From Massalongia carnosa (Eukaryota): 64,000 nucleotides of DNA. Made by a program: the position numbers and the translations under genes. This document shows positions 11,528 to 23,211 of this stretch, piece by piece; positions within the stretch are counted from its first letter, which is position 1, and the number at the start of each line of letters is the position of its first letter. The DNA lies in NCBI GenBank assembly GCA_965645245.1, contig OZ287070.1, positions 868,001 through 932,000 on the forward strand, in the 5' to 3' direction. The notes below the pieces were generated by a model. It was not told the DNA's origin. It saw only the letters and a list, made by a program, of their open reading frames with translations, and made no database searches.

Positions 11528-13335
11528 ACGTATTTACTAGCCAAACGGGCCAGCTACCCAGTCGGGCCACCCCACCAAAAATTTGACCAAATCATCTTAT
11601 CAACTTAACAACCATTATTACATGATTTTATCATCATCTATTTCCAATATAATTACATGAAAATATCAATATCCATACCCATCTCTTTATATACTATTTT
11701 CGCAAATTTTACCTTTCCGTTTAAGGCATGATATCTAGCCTTTTGATTGGCTATTGCCTCAGCCGCCTTCTCCTTTTCTTCCATCATTGTACGTGCTGCA
11801 CCCACAGTCAGCACCTTAGCCTTTTCACAACCCTTTCTAGACTGCTTTGTACGTCGAGTCTTTTGTTTATCAATAAGCTCCTGATTTGACTGTGTTAGAA
11901 TGGTTTTATCAGCAATAGCATTAAGAGCTATGATTTTCAGCTGTTCAACAGGCCCTCGAAGAGACGGAGTTATATTTTGTAGAAGGGTCTCACTAGTCTC
12001 TCTGATTTTCTTGATTGTTTTCGGAGTACTGATAGCGTTAATATCACGCGGAAAAGGTTTTGATCTCGATACTTTAGCTAGAACATAATTTGGATCGAGT
12101 GGTACTAGACCTGCACCTCGCCATGCAGAGCTGATGTTGATAATAGTCATGGCCTCCTTTCTAGCCTCCTGAATATAACTTAGAAAATCTATCTTCGAAA
12201 CGTTGACGGCCCCATAGCGAGAGTGATTTGCTACCCGTTTTTTATAGGCCTTAGCTAGAGGTGAAAAAACGCCCACATCCAGAGGTTGCAATAGATGAGT
12301 TGAATGAGGGGGCAAACAAAGCGGTATGATTTTATGTTGCTCGCAATAAGTCATAAAATCGATAGATACATGACTTTCGTGTCCATCGAGTATAAGAAGT
12401 CTATAAACGCCCTGCGTATGTCGAGTATGCAAATCGAACACCTCTTTCAGCCAATGGAGTGCTATTTCGTTGGTGGTCCATCCATTGGGACTGACTTGTA
12501 AGGTGGTCCTATTATCCTTGATAGGACCTAGCCAGGCTTGCTGTACTCGAACTCCTTGAAATATAAAATAAGCTGGTAAAACGGATCCCAAAGATGAAAC
12601 ACATTCAATCATTGAAACCCAGTCCCTATTACCCGAATGGACGTTGAATGCTTCAGCTTCAGTGACTTTTACTAACACTTTGGAGCTATCGGCGATGCCC
12701 ATGGCAAACCCTTTTTCATCCATGTTGTATACATCTCCGTCGGCTATTCCATACTTCGTTCGGGTAGTCGAGTATAATTGATACCAGTCTTTTATGATAT
12801 CAACGTTTCCAGCATCTTTTCGGACTTGATCCAGATTTCTACTGTGTTTGCACTTGAAATCAGGGTGTCTCTTTAAAAAATTCTGATACCAACAATGACC
12901 CAAAGGCTCGCTATCGCCCTTCGCATTCAGAAGATTTTTTGCCATGCTTTCTAGATGTTGTATGCGTGGGGGCCAGCCCCACTCGGTCATCTGTTCTATC
13001 CAGCCAATCAGAGCCCTTTCCTCAATTACTGATAATCGTTGAGACTCTTCATGATAGGTTTTGGCTGATTTCCGACCGTGAATACGTGCTTGAAGGGTAG
13101 ATCTAGGCACGTTATACTCCTTAGCTAATTGACGCTGAGATATAGCAGGATTTCTTTTCAACTCAGCGATAGCTAATTCCATTCTAGTATCAGAACTATT
13201 AACATCAATGATGGTTTCATTTGATGAGGCCATGGTGGTGTGGTACAAGATGCAAGGCGAAAAAGTTGAAATTTTGGTGTTGGTTTTGGTGGGTGGCCCG
13301 AATGGGTAGCTGGCCCGATTGGCTAGTAAATACGT
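11528..13335 (-). mobile_element. Fot1/pogo-type Tc1-mariner DNA transposon, apparently intact
   Basis: About 50-bp TIRs starting ACGTATTTACTAGCCAA, TA duplications at 11526-11527 and 13336-13337, one uninterrupted transposase ORF. Confidence 0.95.
11653..13233 (-). CDS. Fot1/pogo transposase, 526 aa (psq-type HTH, CENP-B HTH, DD35D catalytic domain)
   Basis: AKEYNVPRSTLQAR HTH; NMDEKG, ILDGHESH and QPLDVG with D35D spacing. Real start is probably MASSNE at 13233; the longer ORF start lies outside the TIR. Confidence 0.93.
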   Translation of the reverse strand: MASSNETIIDVNSSDTRMELAIAELKRNPAISQRQLAKEYNVPRSTLQARIHGRKSAKTYHEESQRLSVIEERALIGWIEQMTEWGWPPRIQHLESMAKNLLNAKGDSEPLGHCWYQNFLKRHPDFKCKHSRNLDQVRKDAGNVDIIKDWYQLYSTTRTKYGIADGDVYNMDEKGFAMGIADSSKVLVKVTEAEAFNVHSGNRDWVSMIECVSSLGSVLPAYFIFQGVRVQQAWLGPIKDNRTTLQVSPNGWTTNEIALHWLKEVFDLHTRHTQGVYRLLILDGHESHVSIDFMTYCEQHKIIPLCLPPHSTHLLQPLDVGVFSPLAKAYKKRVANHSRYGAVNVSKIDFLSYIQEARKEAMTIINISSAWRGAGLVPLDPNYVLAKVSRSKPFPRDINAISTPKTIKKIRETSETLLQNITPSLRGPVEQLKIIALNAIADKTILTQSNQELIDKQKTRRTKQSRKGCEKAKVLTVGAARTMMEEKEKAAEAIANQKARYHALNGKVKFAKIVYKEMGMDIDIFM

Positions 13336-16300
13336 TAGTGCACACATATGAAATGGGTTGTTCTGCATGACTTGTACTCTAGATAGAGAAAATACAAACA
13401 TCATCATCCACTGCATCAACAATATCATCGCGCCATATCGTTATGAGCTCAGGTAGATACAACATTTATCTTGACAGGTATAGATTCTGGGTTGTCGCCG
13501 ATATCCCTTCACATTGGATTTAGTACTCTAGTCGGGATAGTTAAAATTCGGTACAGAGTACCCTGAGACATTCCCTTAAAAGCATCTCTCGCAGCATATC
13601 TCTCCTCTTAACTATTTGTAACGAAATGAAGGGTTATATCCGTGTCTGAAACAAGATTAAACACTCGATGGGATTCAAGTGCTATTTAAGGGGGGGGGAG
13701 GAGGGGAAGGGGTTTAAATCTTCAATCAGAGTAATAAAAAACTTACATTCTTAGAGGCTTCATAAAATCGGTTGTTGAACTCGTTCACAAGCTTCTTCAC
13801 GTTTTGTCCTTCAGTTCCCACCTTGTTTCCAAGTTACTGTTTCCAAGTTACTTCCACGTTCTTCTCCTCACCCCCTTCACGTAATCTGAAACTGTTTAAA
13901 CCCGTGTCACTCTCGTATTTTGATCGTCCATCTTGGGGTGAAAGGATTCCATTTCAAGCTTGCCGTGTTTCTGTTTTTAATATATTTGCACAGAGTAAAG
14001 CTTGTCAAGCGTATCTGCATCGAGATCTCATCTACAAATTAAGAAAACACGAAATCGGAGAGATAACCATGCACGATGACACAAAATTAGCCCATTACAC
14101 CGGGGCCACAATCTTATCTGGAAGAACCAGCCCCGTCCAACCAGACAGTATCCTCTGCCTTTTCATACCCCTTTCACAGTATATTATTCTTTCTTCTGCT
14201 TACGTTTTATATATATCACCACCCCGCTCTTCAATCAGATGCTTTCGTTAGAACCGAGTTTTTGGCTGGTAATAATAAATTTTCCTCAAGGAAACGCCAT
14301 ATTACCATGAGAACGGAAGAAGAAATATAGACGAACCAGCTAAGACTTGCAGGAAAGCAAAGAGCACGCTTTGATGGAACGAAGTAGCCGGAACGCAAGA
14401 GTCATCTCCTTTCCCAGGGCATAGCACCGCCAGCAGCGACGTTATCCGAAAGAACTATGGTAAATCGAACTTCAATGACGCCTTTGTATCTAAAATGATG
14501 CAGTCTGAGGATGAAAGCGGGCTCATGGGTTCCGCTGGTCAAGATAACCCATGTGACCAAGTTTCAGGAGATGACGGTTGTCGAGACCGAAAACCAGTTA
14601 AACCCTTTGAAATTATTGAATGATGCTCAAGTTAACGACGCCAACTGCGGCGCTAGCTCTTCTTTCGTCGAGACTATCAAACTCCTATCCTACTCAAGTA
14701 TAATCGAATGCGCCTCCAAGCGCTGCAGTTTCTCGACGAACGCATATATAATGATCAATTGAGCTGTGCACTATTAGTAATCACGCGATTCCTAAGTATA
14801 GCGACATTCTGCAAGAAGTCGTGTGTTCACCGCCAGACTAGGTGGTCGGCGATGTCTGTGAGAGTGTTTCGATGGATACTCGGAAATCAGCTACCGCAAC
14901 ATGAACGTAATCAGGACGTTCGTCCAAAAATTGCAAGAAAATTAACCTGTCATTCCCAAGAAACCGATCATTGTGATGCATACCTTGCAGCAACCCCTGT
15001 TTCGGTGCCAATCTGTGAAAATGAATGCGAAGCTAGAAGTGCCTACAGCGGTCTGACCCCAAATAATCACCGTTGATGGCTTTCCAGAGAAGGTGGATCG
15101 ACGGATCGTGCTCACACGATGGCGGTCGACAAGCTTTACCGCAGCTACAATGCTGGCTTTGGTAGTCATGACTCTTCTCCAATTCATTTCATCATTGCAA
15201 TTGTGGTCCTTTCAAGCCCTTCTAATATTATAACCATACGCCTCGCTTGGCTAACGAAGGAGCAATTATTTCGCCCTTCCTCCGAGAAGAACGCTTCCTA
15301 TACACTCCGCAAGATTCGTTACTCGCATTGATCTATTCTTTGGGGCTGACATCTTCAAAACTGGTATTACTTGCAGTGCCCGAGCCATGCATGCTCTTGG
15401 ATTTCCTGAGGCTGGATTTGAGGAGCGCTAGAGCAGCAGAGCACCGAGAGTCTTAGCTATAATTTCGATTTCTGGTTCACAAGGTGTAGGGAGAAATACC
15501 GAAGTCAGGGCATATTCCTAAGACGAAACTCATCAAATCGGTGTTATTATAGTAGGACGCTATATGGTTCAGCCAACCTGAAAGTGGTAATGTGTTAAGG
15601 TAGCTCGCTGTAGTTTGAACGGAGCTCCGCTAAATGAAGCAGGTCTCTTCAGTCCGTGCAGTTCGGACAACTTAGAGGCTCCAATATTTACCTGGCAGCA
15701 TTTGTGGATTCTGCTAATGCTATTGCTTCGATTATGATTTCTGTTTTACTATGTATCTAGATACTGGGCTCCTGCTTAAAGTCCAGACATATTTCACTCA
15801 TCTGGATACATAGAAATCATCAAGAAATTCCAAGATGTACTATTTCATAGACAGAATTTCAGCCTCATAAAACGCTCTAAGTGAAAACACGGTTCTCTTT
15901 CTAGCTTGAAGTAACGTAAAGAGTATTGGGATGACAAGCCTAACATATACTAAAGATCATTCGGAGACATACACAGCTACTCAGTTCTTCGTGTGTATGG
16001 AGTCCATAAAGCCCTAATTGAGTATAGTTAGAAGCGAGGTTACATTAATTGTTTGAGGAACCGGCAGCAATATCATCGTTAAAGTAATTGGTCGGTTATT
16101 TGCAGTCAGAACACAGCCGAGCGGCCGGGATACAACAAGTAGAAGGATGTACGCAGGAATTATGGTCGTAAACCAACTATAACTGGTAGAGAAACTGTGA
16201 GTCAAATCATTTTCAAAGGCTTCGCTTGACCGTCGACGTTGCGAAAGGCCGAAACCCCTGCAGATAGATTTTTAATGATCAGACGTTAAGCTGCACTCCT

Positions 16301-16722
16301 ATTGTGAATCTGCGCCAGAGAATCGCAATCGAGGAGAAACATATGATATAGTATGAGTTTCACAAGCTTTTCGTAACCACAAACATAATGGTGTTGAGTA
16401 AGACGAGTAAGATTTCAAGGATATGGCTCGACAGGAAGAAATTAAGGCCATGCGAAGAAAGAGAAGATGATGAAGCCGAAAGAAAGTCCTGCAGCAAAGC
16501 AAGCTTGGTTTGGAAAATGCGCATACCTATCTCTTACATTTATGGCCGAGCAGGGTAAAATGCAGTTTAAAGGGTGCAACCATTATCAGCTTCTTCTTTA
16601 GAGGGGTCCACCCGGCATATTTACCCATGCTGGTAGTTTCATAATAGAACTCAAGCCATCTTTGCTCATCAGGGGTAAGTTTACATGGCTCCAGACCACA
16701 TAAATCAGCATAGAATCCATAT

Positions 16723-16766
16723 GGGATCTGTGTCTAGGATCTGTGTCTAGGATCTGTGTCTAGGAT
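16723..16766. repeat. Three tandem copies of the 13-mer GGATCTGTGTCTA
   Basis: Read directly. Confidence 0.85.
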
Positions 16767-17887
16767 CGGAGCTCGGTGGCTTTTTGCAGAGAGAATCTGC
16801 AAGTCGAGTTGCTTTCAGCTCGAACAAGCTCAAACATGAATATCAACTTCTTAAACACATGTAACGACCCCTACCGCTAAAGCAAATCGGGACTCTCCAT
16901 GGATTATGTGTTATTTGACCATAGCATGCTGTGACAGGCCGCATCTAAAGTCACGAAGTTGCAATCGAATCGGTAGATTTGTGCAGAATTCAATGGGTTG
17001 GGGTGGAGGAGTTGGACTGCTCAAGTTTTGAGCCACAATGCGGTAGCTCTTATTCTCGTAAAGGAACCGGGGAAAACGAGGTCGGTAATTTCGCCTTTTG
17101 GACGCAGCTGTTATTTAGATCCGCTACCAATGTTTTACGGGCCTGCCTGAATCGAGCTAGGGGCAACTTAGACGGAGGTTGTTGGATCGAGGGTGGCTGA
17201 GGCATGTTTGAAGGATTGGTACAGAACACAGAGTATTTTATATGCGTTAAGGGCGAAACTGCCTATAGCGTCTCAGAGAAATCCACGTTAAGGATACTTG
17301 TAGTACTGATTTAGCTATTTGTGCAATGAAGGCGTTTTGGGTAGAAAGGGGCGGCAGAAAACGGATATTAGCAGTCCAAATGTAGAATATTGTTTGACCA
17401 GGAGATCAAGGGCTGATAGAAAGGTTAATTACGATCACCACTGACTAAAACCATGCCAGTATCAATGTTTCACACCGACCGAAAAGGACTTGAATTTCTT
17501 CGACGACAACCGATACTTTTTCGTATATTTTCCCGATCGAACGGGGACAGTTAACTACTCTGTACCCCAATGAAGTGTCATGGTTCGGGATGAAAAGACC
17601 GTGTTTTTGACTTTCCGATCCGACAAATGCCTCGAAACTTTGCGGAAGCTTTTCCGAAGCGGGAAAGGCGCATCTCAAACTCGAAAAATTCGCTCTCCTG
17701 TTTAAAAAGCCTTGAGTCGCCTCAACGCTTGTCCCTCTTCCTTCACCTTAAGCTGCGTCACCCCTCGACACAGCCGCATATATCCGGCCGTGAAGCTGTA
17801 TCGAAACCCCCTCTTCCTTTGTCCAATTTTTGATACATGGTCCCTCTGAATTCTGCATTCTTAGTAGCTTCAGAACCTAAAATTTCG

Positions 17888-18195
17888 GTAAGTTACTCTG
17901 TCCTATCCTTTTTTCGATCTACGAAAGGTCGACTGGTTTTGCTATTGGGGCACTTCACGTTTTCTCTATGCAACCATTCATACGAGAAAGAATATACAAT
18001 CGCTCCCTAGAAATGCATTCAAAGTTTAGCAGAAACGTCAAATACTTGGATCACTTTTCGGTGGGGGTCTATCAACTATTTTTGCTAGACAATCGTTTCT
18101 CTATCGAGCCCTTTACGAGGAATTGGCACACTGACCTTGAGAGCATCAATCTGGGAACATCGCAAAAGGCTAACTTTGCTGTTTTTTCTGAATAG
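17888..18195 (+). other. Probable 5'-UTR intron of UGP1
   Basis: GTAAGT donor at 17888, GCTAAC branch near 18169, pyrimidine tract and AATAG acceptor at 18195, 35 nt before the ATG. Confidence 0.65.
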
Positions 18196-18230
18196 ATATC
18201 TTGCGTTTCTCGGCCGCTCTAAACATCATA

Positions 18231-20442
18231 ATGGCATCTAAATTCACTAGCGCGTTGCCCTCACACCTTAAGCCCGCTGGCTTGAGTAATGGAGACGGCA
18301 ATGGACCCTTTAAAGCAAAGCATCATGGCAAGACACAATCACATATGGTAAGCAAAAACATATCTTAGTCTCAAAAGCGTTTGAAACACGAGCATCCACG
18401 TTCATCAATCAAAACCTAAATATAAGAACTTAACTGCGCCGGAGATTGAATATTAGAAGACAACCCCCTATATTGCAAACACTATTCAGAGTGTTGAGAC
18501 ATCTACGCTGGGGTGTCGTATGTGGAAGAGACGCAGCTTCCTTCTTCGTTGAGTTGTATTGCAACACCTACCCCCCTGAACCCCCTAGGGAGTTCTCGTT
18601 CTTTCCACTCTATTCTCTTCAAACCCCGGCCATAGTGGTCATTTAATGCAGTAAATGCAGGCTATATCGTTTCCCCTCCATCACTCCGAGTATCTTCCCT
18701 TGGCCTTTCGCTGCATATTAGCAATTTAATATGACAGAGCACACATCGTCTCCAAAGCCTGTGCGGGTAAGAGCAAAAAATCCAGCAAATTTTCACTATT
18801 ATGTGTCATTTAGGAATACATCGTTTGCGTTACTCATACTTAAGTAATCTTCTACCACTAAAGGATGCTCTAGAGCATCCGTTGCAGCATGAGTTTACAT
18901 TTTATCTACAAAGGCAACCGCATGGCAGTTTATATGGCTTATCACAAATATGTGCTAATGAGATATTTTGACAAACAGGCTTTTGAGAACACTTCCACAT
19001 CGGTAGCAGCCGGCCAAATGCGCAACGCCCTCAACAACCTTGCAGACACCTGCAAGGATGAGGAAGAGAGGAAGCGGTTTGAAACTGAAATGGACAACTT
19101 CTTCGCACTATTTCGAAGGTATTTGAACGACAAAGCTAAAGGAAACGTCCTCTCATGGGATCGTATTGCCCCACCTCAAGCAGCCCAAGTGGTGGACTAC
19201 AATGATCTCGCAAATTCTGAGTCTGTTGGGTTCCTCCAAAAGCTCGCCGTTGTTAAGCTAAATGGTGGCCTTGGTACATCGATGGGATGTGTTGGTCCCA
19301 AATCTGTGATCGAGGTCCGTGACGGGATGTCCTTTCTCGACCTTTCCGTCCGTCAGATCGAGTATCTCAACCGTACATATAAAGTCAACGTACCGTTTGT
19401 TCTGATGAACTCGTTTAACACCGATGAAGACACTCAAAACATTATTAAGAAATACGAAGGCCACAATATCGACATCTTGACTTTCAACCAATCACGATAC
19501 CCTCGCGTGCTCAAGGACTCTCTTTTGCCAGCTCCCAAGAGCTATGATTCTCAAATCTCCGATTGGTACCCACCTGGGCATGGAGATGTGTTTGAATCGC
19601 TGTACAACTCCGGGATCCTTGATAAGCTCATCGAGCGTGGAGTCGAAATCATCTTCCTTTCTAATGCTGACAACCTGGGTGCCGTCGTTGATCTCCGGAT
19701 TTTACAGCACATGGTCGAGACTGATGCTGAGTACATCATGGAACTGACTGACAAGACTAAAGCTGACGTCAAGGGTGGTACCATCATCAACTACGATAAT
19801 TCCGTCCGCCTCCTTGAAATTGCTCAGGTACCTAAAGAGCATGTGAATGAATTCAAATCGATCAAGAAGTTCAAGTACTTCAATACTAACAATATCTGGC
19901 TCAACCTGAAAGCGATCAAGCGTGTGGTTGAGGGAGATGAGCTGGAAATGGAGATTATTCCCAACAACAAAACTATCCCTGCCGACAAGAAAGGAGAATC
20001 CGATATCTCGATTGTTCAGCTTGAAACCGCTGTTGGCGCTGCTATCCGTCATTTCAAGAACGCTCATGGTGTCAACGTTCCTCGACGCCGCTTCTTACCA
20101 GTTAAGACATGCTCCGATCTTATGCTTGTCAAGTCCGATCTATACAGCCTAAAACATGGCCAGCTCATTATTGACCCAGACCGGTTTGGCCCGGCGCCAT
20201 TGATCAAGCTCGGTACCGACTTTAAGAAAGTTAGCGACTTCCAGAAACGCATTCCTAGCATCCCTAAAATCGTGGAGCTGGACCACTTGACTATCACTGG
20301 AGCCGTTAACCTGGGCCGAGGAGTCATTCTGAAGGGAACTGTTATCATCGTGGCGACGGAGGGTAGTACCATCGACGTTCCTCCAGGATCCGTCCTGGAG
20401 AACGTTGTGGTGCAAGGGAGTCTGAGGTTGTTGGAGCATTAG
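18231..20442 (+). CDS. UGP1: UTP-glucose-1-phosphate uridylyltransferase; exons 18231-18347 and 18979-20442
   Basis: [25 protein letters not shown] and RFLPVK motifs. Exon 1 ends HHGKTQSHM at a GTAAGC donor and splices in phase 0 to [11 protein letters not shown], matching the yeast Ugp1 N-terminus pattern. Confidence 0.97.
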
Positions 20443-21166
20443 AGACCGAGATTTCACTCGCATGCTTGGGGAACCTCGTGCTTTCTTTATTTTCGTTGTG
20501 CTTATAACCAGGACTATCTACCCGTGTCCATGGATTTTCTAGCGACCGGATTGTCCGTTGATACGGGAGGGTTGTCAACGGTTTTTAATTGAGGGCCGAG
20601 AACCTAGGGTTTTGACTGTGGCTCTGTATATGCATGAGGGTATATTCATAAAGTAGTTTGCATGGAGAGCGTTTGCTTGGATTAAGTGAAAAATACACAC
20701 GAGCAAGTATTTATTCTTACATGATGTGCAGATTGTGCGACTGTGAGGTGATGATGTGCAATCTGAATCAAGTCTCTGATCACCATCAGATGTTTAGGTA
20801 TCTGGCACGGTACTTGGATGGGATGATCTTGCGGTGCTAACTACATCGAGCATGACGTGGCGTGTGTGGCTCAGTGTAGTTAACTAAGTATTACACTAGG
20901 TGACTAGTTAGCCCAGGGTTAGCACCTTCAAACGGTTGAGGTCGCATCCAAAAGTAAATAATTTGTCATGCTATGTGATCGAGCTTACGACGCCTGTCAA
21001 GTTCGCAAAAAAACAGAAAAATTACCTTTTCCCCACCAAGAGCAATCTTTCATCACCCTTACCAGTTTCTCATGAAGAGGAGGCTCGTTCTGGAATCTAA
21101 GGGATCGAGCCCCGTGATATATAATCTAATGAATATGCTTCAGTCGATTGGTAACGCACACCCTAA

Positions 21167-22283
21167 ATGTTGCGTTCCGGTTCCCTCTGGGTTTTCGTTC
21201 TCCTGTTCCTTTTCGCCTTGATATTTGAAGTTTGCGGAGATGCAGACTTCGAGAGCGTGAGGGTCAGAATGATCAAGGACTCGAGTGGGAAAGGTGGGGA
21301 TCCAAAGGATAAGTATTGGCGTGAGTCTGATTGTGCATCTCGTTGCTATCAGCTCACACTGCTGACAACTTGGTATAGACGAATCTACGTCAGTCTACTT
21401 GCCCCAATCCTAAATCCTCAGCCTAGTCCATACTGATGCGTCTGCCCTAGCTTTCATCCACATTATGATGGCCGGTGCGTCTAATACTTTCCAAAGCAAT
21501 TGAACTACGCTGAACGCTGGTATAGATTTACTGATCGTCCATTAACTTATGATGCCCAAAAATCAAACCTGAGCTTGCTCATGGAATCTTATCTCTGGAC
21601 GATGAAAGATCTTGGTGCGGAGACATGGGTTATGCATGGAACGCTGATGGGTTGGTGGTGGAATCGCAAAGTGAGTTCTTGAGGCATTCGATTCTCCTTA
21701 TCGACCCTAAAAATTTCTAGATCCTGCCTTGGGATTCCGACGTTGACGTTCAAGTGTCGGCTCCTACGATGCATTTTCTTGCCAGCTACTTCAATATGAC
21801 GATTCATAGATACAAACGAAGGAAATTTTTGTTAGAGATCAATCCAAAATATGTTAATGGGTCCTCGGCAGACCGGCTAAATATGATTGATGGAAGGTTT
21901 ATCGATACGCACACAGGGTTGTTTATTGATATCACAACTGTAAGGCCAATGGAGGGCGCCCCGGGCAAATTGACATGCAAGGATAAGCATGACTATGAGG
22001 TGAGCCCGGCGATGTTATGAACCACGTTTAGTATTGATGATTGACCCCTATCAATTGACAGGAGTCGGATATCTATCCCTTACGGGATAGCATTTTCGAG
22101 AGGCAACCAGTAAAAATTCCATATAGCTACGCATGGCTTCTTGAAGAGGAATATGGCAAAGTTTCGCTTACAAGGACTGCTTTTCATGGGTCAGCCATAG
22201 TCAAGTTTAGGCAGTAGGTTTTGCTAACAACGCCTAGTCATGTTTTCAACACAGCCACCATGGAGTGGGATCGGACGAAGTGA
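21167..22283 (+). CDS. LicD-family (MNN4/fukutin-like) phosphotransferase, multi-exon with micro-exons
   Basis: Signal/TM N-terminus; spliced KYWHESTFHPHYDGRF, WVMHGTLMGWWWNRKILPWDSDVDVQ and IDGRFIDTHTGLFIDIT. Confidence 0.88.
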
Positions 22284-23211
22284 GACTTCTTATTTCTTTG
22301 AATAGAGATGCATACATCATGGCTTCTTTTCCGTTGAAAAACATATTTTTATTTGTTCCGTGTGTCGTGATGCTAACATGTAGCCTATCACTACAGAATC
22401 CAATTAGGAGGAGGTGATCGGAACCGTCGGCCTCGAGTCCTACCACGGAGGTCCAGTCAGAGAAAATGGTAGCAATACTACGAAAATAAATTTTCATCTT
22501 CTCCACAAGGATACCTTCACTATACGTCTCCGTCTATATATCTATCATGACCGATGTCTTGATTTTGATTTGAGTTTTCAGGCTACACAGTAATGTTCCG
22601 AAAGCATTTGTAAGGCGCAAGAGAGATCTGTAAAATATGAGATTTGCTATGAGGGATGCATCGAAAATCTGGAGGGGACTTTAGGGCTTAGGTTGTCGGC
22701 GTTCCTACGGGCGGTGGTTGAAAACCCGCTTCTTGGTGAATTTTTCAATATAAGCTTTAGAATTTCCACTACATGGTTTCTGGTTTCTGCTTTCGGTTGT
22801 CTTTATGCCTTTAATGTATGAAGGTATGTAGCTTAGTTCGAGCCTATCTATCATAAGGAGTACATAATTGATGCTCTTAGGGGTGAATCCAAAATCCGTA
22901 CGAGGCGCGGGTCTACGGTAAGTAATTAGGTTGGTTTATTGAATTGAATTGGGGACGCCAGGAATTTTTAGATGGAAGTCAGGTTACTCTACAAAGTACT
23001 CCCTAACGTTATCTGGGATAATCTTTAAGTCAATGCCGTTCTGCTTTAGATCCAATCAAATTACCTAGAGAGATTGGGAATGGGCTGGGAATAGGCTGAT
23101 CCTAGCCGAAGGATTTAGGTCCCGCTCTACGTACTCATATACCTGAACCGTACCTCTGTACCAACCCTTAAAATCGCCAATCTGCCTTATAACTAACAAT
23201 ATACGACACAC

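Noticed and set aside
13234..13428. Extra 65 aa at the start of the 591-aa Fot1 ORF
   Set aside because: Reads through the TIR and flank, so it is a chance in-frame extension.
14860..15110. Faint NACHT/P-loop-like fragments (..KSATA.., PQIITVDG)
   Set aside because: Requires assumed frameshifts and the motifs are too short to support a call.
18889..18978. ORF-track N-terminus of UGP1 (MSLHFIYKG...)
   Set aside because: Lies in intron sequence containing the branch site and acceptor; the conserved N-terminus comes from exon 18231-18347.
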